Shown here one piece after another: positions 8,338-15,616 of a stretch of DNA of 32,000 bases (the first letter of the stretch is position 1; every line of letters starts with the position of its first letter). The DNA is taken from NCBI RefSeq assembly GCF_025643275.1, contig NZ_CP089977.1:390001-422000 (forward strand), read 5' to 3'. The notes under the pieces are model-generated. The model was given only the letters and a program-made list of their open reading frames with translations, did no database searches and had not been told where the DNA came from. A program made the position numbers and the translations under genes. The stretch is from Moraxella nasicaprae. Lineage in GTDB: Bacteria; Pseudomonadota; Gammaproteobacteria; Pseudomonadales; Moraxellaceae.

Positions 8338-8526
8338 TTATTTGGATTTGGTATCATTCTTTGAAGGTTGTGAATCAAATCGCCAACTTTCAAGCCAAGA
8401 AATACCATCTGTGATGTTAAAAGCACCTTCCATGAAAGCCTCTATTCTGGCTTTTAAAACACCCATATTTAATCTTAAACCACCGCCATGAAGAGATTTA
8501 CAAGACACATCGGTCGCAGACCGCAT
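8338..8526 (-). CDS. possible 62-aa (or shorter) hypothetical protein (coding status uncertain)
   Basis: Track ORF MRSATDVSCKSLHGGGLRLNMGVLKARIEAFMEGAFNITDGISWLESWRFDSQPSKNDTKSK. The best RBS (GAGG, 5 nt) actually precedes the internal ATG giving MEGAFNITDG... (31 aa). It overlaps another frame (8208..8426). Confidence 0.25.
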   Translation of the reverse strand: MRSATDVSCKSLHGGGLRLNMGVLKARIEAFMEGAFNITDGISWLESWRFDSQPSKNDTKSK

Positions 8527-8555
8527 CTATCCAATTTTTATAAAGTTATTTGGGA

Positions 8556-8639
8556 TTATTTGCCATCATCGGCATGAGCGATGCTTGTTGCCAGCATCGT
8601 GATGAGCGTACCAGTCATCAATAGGTGATGTGTTTTCAT
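8556..8639 (-). CDS. 27-aa signal-peptide-like / single-TM micro-ORF
   Basis: Not in the ORF track (too short). The reverse strand has GGAG, 6 nt, ATG(8639), then MKTHHLLMTGTLITMLATSIAHADDGK and TAA(8558..8556). Stops follow in all three frames within 45 nt. Confidence 0.35.
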   Translation of the reverse strand: MKTHHLLMTGTLITMLATSIAHADDGK

Positions 8640-8670
8640 AAAAAACTCCTTTTTTGATTAAGATAGACAT

Positions 8671-8710
8671 TGCACAAAGAAAACAATAATCAGCACATCT
8701 TCCTTGTGCA
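8671..8710 (-). promoter_or_regulatory. leader hairpin (11-bp stem, 18-nt loop) in the 5'-UTR of the small-protein operon
   Basis: The mRNA strand reads TGCACAAGGAAGATGTGCTGATTATTGTTTTCTTTGTGCA. The arms TGCACAAGGAA/TTCTTTGTGCA pair with one G-U. It lies between the predicted start site (~8725) and the RBS at 8649..8646. Confidence 0.45.
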
Positions 8711-8712
8711 TT

Positions 8713-8744
8713 TTTATACTATTACAAATTTATACTATTACAAA
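8713..8744. repeat. perfect tandem duplication of a 16-bp unit (TTTATACTATTACAAA x2)
   Basis: Units at 8713..8728 and 8729..8744 are identical. Each carries a -10-like TAGTAT on the minus strand. Confidence 0.9.
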
Positions 8745-8760
8745 ATAATCTGTCTGTCAA
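8732..8760 (-). promoter_or_regulatory. candidate strong sigma70 promoter of the small-protein operon
   Basis: The reverse strand has TTGACA (8760..8755), a 17-nt spacer and TAGTAT (8737..8732). The -10 lies in repeat copy 2, and a second identical hexamer lies 16 nt downstream in copy 1. Confidence 0.5.
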
Positions 8761-8784
8761 TATTTTTTATTAAATAAACTTAAT

Positions 8785-8819
8785 AAAAAACACGACAGCC
8801 TAAGCCATCGTGTTTTTTG
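8785..8819. terminator. rho-independent terminator after cstA; copy 1 of an identical 35-bp element
   Basis: AAAAAACACGACAGCCTAAGCCATCGTGTTTTTTG has a CACGA..TCGTG stem extended by GC/GU pairs and A-run/T-run flanks. It lies 17 nt downstream of the cstA stop. Confidence 0.75.
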
Positions 8820-8835
8820 ATTATCTGACGATGAT

Positions 8836-10308
8836 TTAGTCGTCTAACTGCTGCTTAGTTGGGCGAACCATCATCATGAATACCACAAAAGACACCGCAG
8901 TAATCGCCAATCCCAGCCATACCGACAAGTCATAATCCAATCCCAAGCCAATCGGAGCATTGAGAATAAAGGTGGTACATACCGCTGTCATGAATATCGC
9001 AGGCACGGTAGATACCCAGTGGAATTTCCCTTTATTCATCAGATAGGCAGAAGTTACCCATAGTGTTACCATAGCTGTGGTTTGGTTTGCCCAACCAAAA
9101 TAACGCCACAAAATCTGAAAATCAACTTTGGATACCAAAAAGCCCACCACGAATAACGGCAAAGCAATCATCAAACGCTTCATCAATGTTTTTTGTTCAA
9201 AGTTCAGCCATTCAGCAATCGTCAAACGAGCCGCACGAAATGCTGTATCACCTGAGGTAATCGGCAAAACCACCACGCCAAGCACCGCCATGATACCGCC
9301 AGCCATGCCTAACATGCCAACCGCAGAATCATAGACAACTTTTGACGGTGTACCTTGCAATGCCTCCACCAATCCAGCTTGACTGTCATAAAAACTTAGC
9401 CCCACCATACACCAAATCAAGGCAATCACACCCTCGGCAATCATCGCTCCATAAAAGATAAAGCGAGCCTCTTTTTCATTTTCGGCACAACGAGCCATCA
9501 GTGGTGTTTGCGTGGCATGAAAACCAGAAATCGCCCCACAGGCAATGGTCAAAAACAAAATTGGCCAAATCGGCACATTGTCTGGATGCATATTTTTGAA
9601 GAAATCAGCAAAACCAATGTCTGTACCGACCGTACGGAAAAAACTGATGTCATTGGCAAGCAAGCCATACAACATACCAAAAGTCATGAATAACAACAAT
9701 GCCCCAAAAATTGGGTAAATGCGACCAATGATTTTGTCAATCGGTACTAAGGTTGCCAAAATATAGTAGGCAAAAATGACGGTCGTCCATACCGCCAAGA
9801 TAGTCTCTTTTGACCAACTGCCATTGGTTGCACCACTCAAATCCATCGTGATGTTTGTCAATAATGAAGCAGGACTTGCCACAAACACCACGCCCACCAG
9901 CAGCAGTAGCAATACCGCCAAGATGTTCATAAAGTGTTTAAAAGGCTTGCCCAGATATTTACCAGCCAAAAATGGTAAATTCGCCCCACCATTACGAATG
10001 CTTAGCATGCCAGTCAAGTAATCATGCACCGCACCTGCAAAAATACAGCCAAACACAATCCACAGCATCGCCACAGGTCCATACAACGCCCCCAAGATTG
10101 GCCCGAAAATCGGACCTGTACCAGCGATATTTAGCAGTTGAATCAGCCAAATTTTGCGTTTTGACATCGGTACATAGTCCACACCATCAGCCATCGTATG
10201 AGCTGGTGTGGCTCGCTCTGGACGAATGCCAAAAATCCTCTCAATGACTTGGCTATATAAAAAATAGCCCATCAATAGCAAGGCAACGCACGCCAAAAAC
10301 CATAACAT
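8836..10308 (-). CDS. cstA: carbon starvation protein CstA family transporter (short ~490-aa form)
   Basis: Polytopic membrane protein with the CstA signature LLNIAGTGPIFGPILGALYGP. Start moved to ATG 10308 (MLWFLACVALLL) with GGGAG 7 nt upstream; the track start adds 24 aa without an RBS. Confidence 0.85.
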   Translation of the reverse strand: MLWFLACVALLLMGYFLYSQVIERIFGIRPERATPAHTMADGVDYVPMSKRKIWLIQLLNIAGTGPIFGPILGALYGPVAMLWIVFGCIFAGAVHDYLTGMLSIRNGGANLPFLAGKYLGKPFKHFMNILAVLLLLLVGVVFVASPASLLTNITMDLSGATNGSWSKETILAVWTTVIFAYYILATLVPIDKIIGRIYPIFGALLLFMTFGMLYGLLANDISFFRTVGTDIGFADFFKNMHPDNVPIWPILFLTIACGAISGFHATQTPLMARCAENEKEARFIFYGAMIAEGVIALIWCMVGLSFYDSQAGLVEALQGTPSKVVYDSAVGMLGMAGGIMAVLGVVVLPITSGDTAFRAARLTIAEWLNFEQKTLMKRLMIALPLFVVGFLVSKVDFQILWRYFGWANQTTAMVTLWVTSAYLMNKGKFHWVSTVPAIFMTAVCTTFILNAPIGLGLDYDLSVWLGLAITAVSFVVFMMMVRPTKQQLDD

Positions 10309-10437
10309 ATCTATACTCCCTATAACCCAAATAACATCACACAATCCATCAGCAAACCCAGCAATCAGCCAATTTGCCAATCCTTATCACTCATTTGACA
10401 AAACATCATCTTGATACACAAGCCAACTTACACTCGC

Positions 10438-10626
10438 TCATTTGGCATCATTAGCCTCATCTGCCTGAACGGGCAAGCGATGTTCGATGCGTTTGCCATT
10501 GTCATCAAACTGATATTTTGGCACGCAGCTACGACAGCCGCCTTGCTCCACACCCATGTCTTTGCATAGCTGGTTATAGGCATTCCATAATTTTCGCCAA
10601 AAACCGACATTTTCTTGATTAGACAT
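10438..10626 (-). CDS. small CstA-associated protein, YbdD/YjiX (DUF466)-like (tentative)
   Basis: 62 aa, with GGAG 5 nt before ATG 10626. The sequence FWRKLWNAYNQLCKDMGVEQGGCRSC resembles the GG-x-x-C-C end of YbdD/YjiX proteins. These small proteins classically sit next to cstA paralogues. Confidence 0.5.
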   Translation of the reverse strand: MSNQENVGFWRKLWNAYNQLCKDMGVEQGGCRSCVPKYQFDDNGKRIEHRLPVQADEANDAK

Positions 10627-10660
10627 TGATACTCCTTATCAGTTGCTTGTCTTTGTTTTC

Positions 10661-10689
10661 ATTCTATACAAATCAGCAACAATACGCAA
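10661..10689 (-). promoter_or_regulatory. candidate promoter for the ybdD-like/cstA unit
   Basis: The reverse strand has TTGCGT (10689..10684), a 17-nt spacer and TAGAAT (10666..10661), ~35 nt upstream of the small ORF. Confidence 0.35.
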
Positions 10690-10963
10690 ATAGTTTATAC
10701 ATAAATCAATAATCTCATTACCCAACATAATCCTATTGCCCAATCAACACAACATCGTCACGCAATCATCATGCCTGACAGACAGCAAGAGACACTCTGT
10801 TTAAACATCGACCCAAGCATTGTCACAAAGCTGATTTTAAGATGGCAAACTGAGTATGCTACACACCAAACGCCCATCTTGCCTAAGCAGTTGAGTGGTT
10901 AAACATGATTGTTAGCACCGTATCATCAATTCTCATTAATACAGCAGTAAACATCAAGCCATA

Positions 10964-10998
10964 AAAAAACACGACAGCCTAAGCCATCGTGTTTTTTG
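10964..10998. terminator. rho-independent terminator after the CoA-transferase gene; copy 2 of the identical 35-bp element
   Basis: The same 35 nt as 8785..8819, in the same orientation, 11 nt downstream of the stop at 11009..11011. Confidence 0.75.
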
Positions 10999-11008
10999 TT
11001 TGATTTGA

Positions 11009-12523
11009 TTATTTGATACGCATATCGCCAGTTTCGACAAAGCGTTGATGCCATGATAGGGCTTCTAGCAAAATGTGCGGTGTATGTAGTCCGCCTGCTT
11101 TTTCGGCACGGTCGTAATAATCTCTTAGCATATCACGGTAGTCAGGGTGTGAACAGTTGTCAATAATCAGCTTGGCACGCTGACGAGGCGACTTGCCACG
11201 CAAATCTGCCATACCCTGCTCAGTGACGATGAACATCACATCGTGTTCGGTGTGGTCATGATGCGATACCATCGGTACGATTGCAGAGATTGCCCCGCCT
11301 TTGGCAGTTGATGGACTGACGTAGAATGAGAAGAAACCATTGCGAGTGAAGTCGCCAGAACCACCGATACCGTTCATCATCTTAGTACCCATGATGTGTG
11401 TTGAGTTCACGTTACCATAGATGTCCGCTTCAATCATTGAGTTCATGCCAATGACACCCAGACGGCGAATCACTTCTGGGTTGTTGCTGATTTCCATTGG
11501 GCGTAGGATAATCTTATCTTTTAGGAATTCGATGTTTTCATTAAAGCGAGCCAACGCATCAGGACTGAACGACAAAGCAGTCGCAGAGGCAGTTTTCATC
11601 TTTTTGGCTAGGATTAGGTCAAGCATGCCATCTTGAAGCACTTCGGTATAACCTGTCAAATCTTCAAATGGTGCATCAAGCAAGCCTGCCATCACAGCGT
11701 TCGCCACATTGCCCACGCCTGATTGTAGTGGCAGCAAGCTCTTAGGCAAACGACCAGCCTTGACTTCATGGTCAAGAAAATCAATCACTTGGGCGGCGAT
11801 GGCTTTTGAAACCTCATCAGGCTCAGCAAATTTTGAGTTACGGTCGCCAGCATTGGTCAAAACAATGCCCAAAATCTTGTCAGCAGGACAATCTAAGGCA
11901 GTTGTACCAATGCGGTCAAACGCACCAATGATAGGAATTGGCTTACGATGTGGTGGCAAACCAACCTCAGCATAGACATCGTGCATGCCTTCTAGTCCAG
12001 CACTCAATGCTCCATTGATTTCGATGATGACTTTTTCGGCATTATTAACCGCTTCAACGCCATGCCCAATACCCATCGCAGGAATGATTTTGCCATCTTC
12101 GGTAATGGCAGTCGCCTCAATGATGGCGATGTCAAACTTACCATAGAAACCTTGACGCATCTGCTGCTCGACATGCGATAGGTGCATGTCTTGATAAGCG
12201 GTATTGCCAGCGTTGATACTGTTACGCAATGTTGGGTCTGATTGGAATGGTGAGCGGAATTTAATGGCATTGGCTTCGGCAAGCACACCATCACACTCAG
12301 GGGCAGTAGAAGCACCTGTTACCATACCAATGCCAAATGATTCGCCACGAGCGTGAGCAGCTTTGGCTTTTTCAGCGATGGCGGTCGGTAGAGCTTTTGG
12401 ATAGCCTGCACCTGTAAAGCCAGTAATGGCAAGATTCATGCCGTCCTTGACAAATTCAGCGGCAGCTTCGGCACTCATCACTTTTTGGCGTAAGGCTTCA
12501 TTTCTGATGCGTTCGATACTCAT
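11009..12523 (-). CDS. acetyl-CoA hydrolase/transferase family protein, likely succinyl-CoA:acetate CoA-transferase (AarC/Cat1-like)
   Basis: 504 aa, the typical length for this family. The N-terminus AEAAAEFVKDGMNLAITGFTGAGYPKALP and the C-terminal GIGGSGDF motif are characteristic. Confidence 0.85.
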   Translation of the reverse strand: MSIERIRNEALRQKVMSAEAAAEFVKDGMNLAITGFTGAGYPKALPTAIAEKAKAAHARGESFGIGMVTGASTAPECDGVLAEANAIKFRSPFQSDPTLRNSINAGNTAYQDMHLSHVEQQMRQGFYGKFDIAIIEATAITEDGKIIPAMGIGHGVEAVNNAEKVIIEINGALSAGLEGMHDVYAEVGLPPHRKPIPIIGAFDRIGTTALDCPADKILGIVLTNAGDRNSKFAEPDEVSKAIAAQVIDFLDHEVKAGRLPKSLLPLQSGVGNVANAVMAGLLDAPFEDLTGYTEVLQDGMLDLILAKKMKTASATALSFSPDALARFNENIEFLKDKIILRPMEISNNPEVIRRLGVIGMNSMIEADIYGNVNSTHIMGTKMMNGIGGSGDFTRNGFFSFYVSPSTAKGGAISAIVPMVSHHDHTEHDVMFIVTEQGMADLRGKSPRQRAKLIIDNCSHPDYRDMLRDYYDRAEKAGGLHTPHILLEALSWHQRFVETGDMRIK

Positions 12524-12762
12524 TGTGTTATCCTCTTGTTTTTTGGGTCATCGCCCAACAGTTTCCAAAGTATTGAATTTACAGTTGTAAATCATCTTTG
12601 ATTTTACCATTAGATGAGATGTAAATAAATACCCAAAATGAAATTTCAACCAGCTTGTTTGTATTTATTGTTAATCCATCGGGCATCAAGTAGCAAAAGA
12701 CACATTTTTTCTGGATTTGTTGAGCTGACATTTGGTTATTTCAAGCCAATTCTTAGCACAAT

Positions 12763-12796
12763 AAAAACAAAAAACCACCGCATGACACGGTGGTTT
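12763..12796 (-). terminator. rho-independent terminator after prfB
   Basis: The stem AAACCACCG/CGGTGGTTT (12772..12780 / 12788..12796) has a 7-nt loop. On the minus strand it is followed by TTTTTGTTTTT. Confidence 0.7.
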
Positions 12797-12805
12797 GATG
12801 ATGAT

Positions 12806-13901
12806 TTACAATCCAGCTTTTAAACTTGCTTCAATAAATCTATCTAAGTCGCCATCAAGCACCGCTCCTGTGTTACTGTTCTCAACGCCAGTACGCAAGT
12901 CCTTAATGCGTGAATCATCAAGCACATAAGAGCGAATCTGCGACCCCCAGCCAATGTCAGATTTGCTGTCTTCTAGGGCTTGCTGTTTTTCCATGCGTTT
13001 TTGCATTTCTAGTTCATACAGCTTGGCACGCAGCATTTTCATGGCGGTGTCTTTGTTGGCATGCTGTGAGCGTTCGTTTTGACACGCCACGACCACCCCT
13101 GTGGGTTGGTGGGTAATACGCACCGCAGAATCTGTGGTATTAACATGCTGACCGCCAGCACCTGATGAGCGATAAGTATCGATACGCAAATCAGCAGGAT
13201 TGATGTCAATCTGAACATTATCATCAATTTCAGGGGAAACAAACACCGCCGCAAATGAAGTATGACGACCATTATTGCTATCAAACGGCGACTTACGCAC
13301 CAAACGATGCACACCTGTCTCGGTGCGTAACCAACCAAAAGCATAATCGCCCTTGACTGAGATGGTTGCTGACTTGATGCCAGCCACGCCACCTTCGCTG
13401 ATTTCGATGATTTCTGCCTTAAAGCCGTGCGACTCACACCATCTGGTGTACATTCGTAGCAACATCTGTGACCAATCTTGGGCTTCTGTACCGCCAGAAC
13501 CTGCCTGAATGTCCAAATAGCAATTATTGGCGTCCATCTCGCCAGAGAACATACGCTTAAACTCTAAATCCTCAACCTTAGCACGAGCTTCATCAAGCTC
13601 ACTTTGCACATCGGCAAGCAAGCTCTCATCATCTGCCTCCACCGCCAGTTCAAGCATGGCAATGGCATCTTCTAAGCTGACATCCAGCCCTTCAATGACA
13701 CCGATAATGCCGTCAAGCACCGATTTTTCTTTGCTAATCTTGGTGGCAAGCTCTGGATTGTTCCATAGTTCAGGATTTTCCAGTTCCAGATTGACTTCTT
13801 CTAAGCGTTCTTTTTTGCCTTCAAAGTCAAAGATACCCCCGTAGCTCTTGCCCACGAGCAGCTAGGTCTTTGATTTGTTCTTGATAAATGGCGATTTCCA
13901 T
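12806..13901 (-). CDS. prfB: peptide chain release factor 2, requiring a programmed +1 frameshift
   Basis: Frame 0 runs from ATG 13901 as [24 protein letters not shown], then an in-frame TGA (13829..13827). The +1 frame continues [11 protein letters not shown]... to the stop at 12806. SPF (RKSPFDSNN) and GGQ (SGAGGQHVN) motifs are present. Total 364 aa. Confidence 0.95.
13826..13842 (-). promoter_or_regulatory. prfB autoregulatory +1 frameshift site
   Basis: The reverse strand reads CGGGGGTATCTTTGAC: an internal SD-like GGGGG, 3 nt, then CTT TGA C. This matches the canonical E. coli AGGGGGUAUCUUUGAC site. Confidence 0.95.
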
Positions 13902-14003
13902 AATAACTCCAATAAAACTTTTTTGGTACAAAATATACCAAACACTCATCACAGCACGATAAAATGGCAAATTATACCAAATTTTTTGCCCTGATTGCTA
14001 ATT

Positions 14004-14681
14004 TTATGCCATTGCCCAATCTTCAATCCGCCAGCCTTGCTCTTGGGCGTATTTAGTCAATATGGCATCAGGATTGACACACACCGCCTCGTCAGCAAAA
14101 GACAACAAGGGAATGTCATTTTTTGAATCAGAATAAGCAATCAATCGGTCAAACCGTACACCTTCATCAGCATATTGGCTGATTAGGCGATTCAGATGAT
14201 ATAGTTTGCCCTCCTTAAAGTTTGGGCGGTCAGCAACTCGACCAGTATAAGCATCATCAATCACTTCCAGCTTGGTTGCCAAAGTATGCTTTTCATCAAT
14301 CCCAAACAGACCTGCAATCGGCACGACCACAAAATCATTGGTCGCTGAAATAATAACCACCGTATCGCCAGCTTGTCTGTGTTTGTGGATTTGTTGTATG
14401 CCCAAAGGTCGCATGTTTGGCTTAATCCAACTATCCAGATACGCTTGTCGATGAGCGTGCAACTTACTCATGCTCTGCGTTTTTAGAAAACCTGCCACAA
14501 ATTCATTATACTCAACTGCATCTAGCGTGCCAGCAATATAATCTTGATAAAATTTATCATTGGCATTGGCATAGAACTTTGCATCAATCAAGCCTTGCTC
14601 GACAATAAACTGCCCCCAGCTATGGTCACTGTCCATATTCAACAAAGTCATATCCAAATCAAATAATGCCAAATTTGCCAT
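14004..14681 (-). CDS. HAD-superfamily subfamily IB hydrolase (phosphoserine-phosphatase-like)
   Basis: Start set at ATG 14681 (MANLALFDLDMTLL, the DxD HAD motif I) with GGAG 8 nt upstream. Later motifs IISATNDF and SDSKNDIPLL are present. The track start adds 35 aa that run through the upstream terminator. Confidence 0.8.
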   Translation of the reverse strand: MANLALFDLDMTLLNMDSDHSWGQFIVEQGLIDAKFYANANDKFYQDYIAGTLDAVEYNEFVAGFLKTQSMSKLHAHRQAYLDSWIKPNMRPLGIQQIHKHRQAGDTVVIISATNDFVVVPIAGLFGIDEKHTLATKLEVIDDAYTGRVADRPNFKEGKLYHLNRLISQYADEGVRFDRLIAYSDSKNDIPLLSFADEAVCVNPDAILTKYAQEQGWRIEDWAMA

Positions 14682-14748
14682 TATTTTAGCTCCTGTTTTG
14701 CTTATCAAATCCGTCCTAATTATCCCCCATCTGCCCAAAACTTGCAAT

Positions 14749-14778
14749 AAAAAACCAGTCCATACCGACTGGTTTTTT
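14749..14778. terminator. bidirectional rho-independent terminator
   Basis: AAAAAACCAGTC CATACC GACTGGTTTTTT: a 6-bp GC-containing stem extended by A/T runs, 16 nt downstream of the DUF937-like gene stop. Confidence 0.7.
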
Positions 14779-14793
14779 GTAGTCAAAACAAAA

Positions 14794-15489
14794 TTATCTC
14801 ATGTTTTGCATTTGAGCAAGTAATTGAGCAATCTCATCATTTGCCGCACTTTCTGTTTGCAAATCGCCCTGCGGTGTCAGACCATTAACCACTTGGGGTA
14901 ATAGTTCAGCAATGCCCTGACAAACCTCATGTTGGCTAGCACCTGTTTGTTGGCAAGCGGCATCAATCTCTTCTGCACCGAATAATTGTTGGATATCGCC
15001 AGCATCGATGCCATCATTATCTTGGTCAATATTGACCCAAGATTGAGCCTGACTGCCCATACCCTGATTGGATAGTTTGCCAAGCAGACCTGACAGACCG
15101 CCATTTTTTTGGATAAATGCCAACACGATGGGTAATAAAGCAATCAATAGCGCGCCTTTATTAAAGCCACCTTGCTGACCAGCAGACTGGCTACCAAGCA
15201 CATTACCCAAAATACTGCCCAAATCAGTTGGGCTGGCGGTGGTCTTTTGACCGCCAAGTACACTGCCCAATACAGCATCTAGACCGCCTTGTTGTCCAGC
15301 AGACCGACCACCAAGCACATTGCCTAATAGACCACCCAGACCAGCATTCGACTGATTGCCGCCTTGCATAGCACCTGCCAAGCCGCCAAGCAGACCGCCT
15401 AGACCAGCTTGATTTTGGGTGGGCTGCTGTGTTTGACCTTGTACGGCATTTTGGATTACTTGGGTAACGATACTTTGTAATAGACTCAT
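14794..15489 (-). CDS. YidB/DUF937 family protein with a Gly/Gln/Leu-rich repetitive N-terminal half
   Basis: Start set at ATG 15489 (MSLLQSIVTQVIQ). Repeated LGGLLG / LGNVLG-x-xSAGQQGG units are followed by a C-terminal EVCQGIAELLPQVVNGLTPQG segment typical of YidB-like proteins. The track N-terminal extension is Cys/Trp-rich and looks non-coding. Confidence 0.65.
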   Translation of the reverse strand: MSLLQSIVTQVIQNAVQGQTQQPTQNQAGLGGLLGGLAGAMQGGNQSNAGLGGLLGNVLGGRSAGQQGGLDAVLGSVLGGQKTTASPTDLGSILGNVLGSQSAGQQGGFNKGALLIALLPIVLAFIQKNGGLSGLLGKLSNQGMGSQAQSWVNIDQDNDGIDAGDIQQLFGAEEIDAACQQTGASQHEVCQGIAELLPQVVNGLTPQGDLQTESAANDEIAQLLAQMQNMR

Positions 15490-15616
15490 TCTGATATTCC
15501 TAAAAAAAATCATCTGGCAAGATTGCCAACTTTGACACACATCATAACAAATCCAATCAACAATCCTTGTATTTATTATGCGTTTATCTGTATCATTCTT
15601 GTTATCGTCATGCCAA

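Noticed and set aside
10905-10964. 19-codon ORF MIVSTVSSILINTAVNIKP just upstream of terminator copy 2
   Set aside because: It has no convincing RBS, lies on the strand opposite to all neighbouring genes and sits in the cstA upstream region. It is most likely chance.
12638-12823. 61-aa plus-strand ORF between the CoA-transferase gene and prfB
   Set aside because: It has no RBS, crosses the prfB terminator and overlaps the prfB 3' end.
13039-13844. 132-aa (minus, other frame) and 105-aa Ser-rich (plus) ORFs within prfB
   Set aside because: They are embedded in the RF2 coding region, whose frame is validated by SPF/GGQ motifs. The Ser-rich product is the mirror image of a Glu/Leu/Asp-rich helical region.
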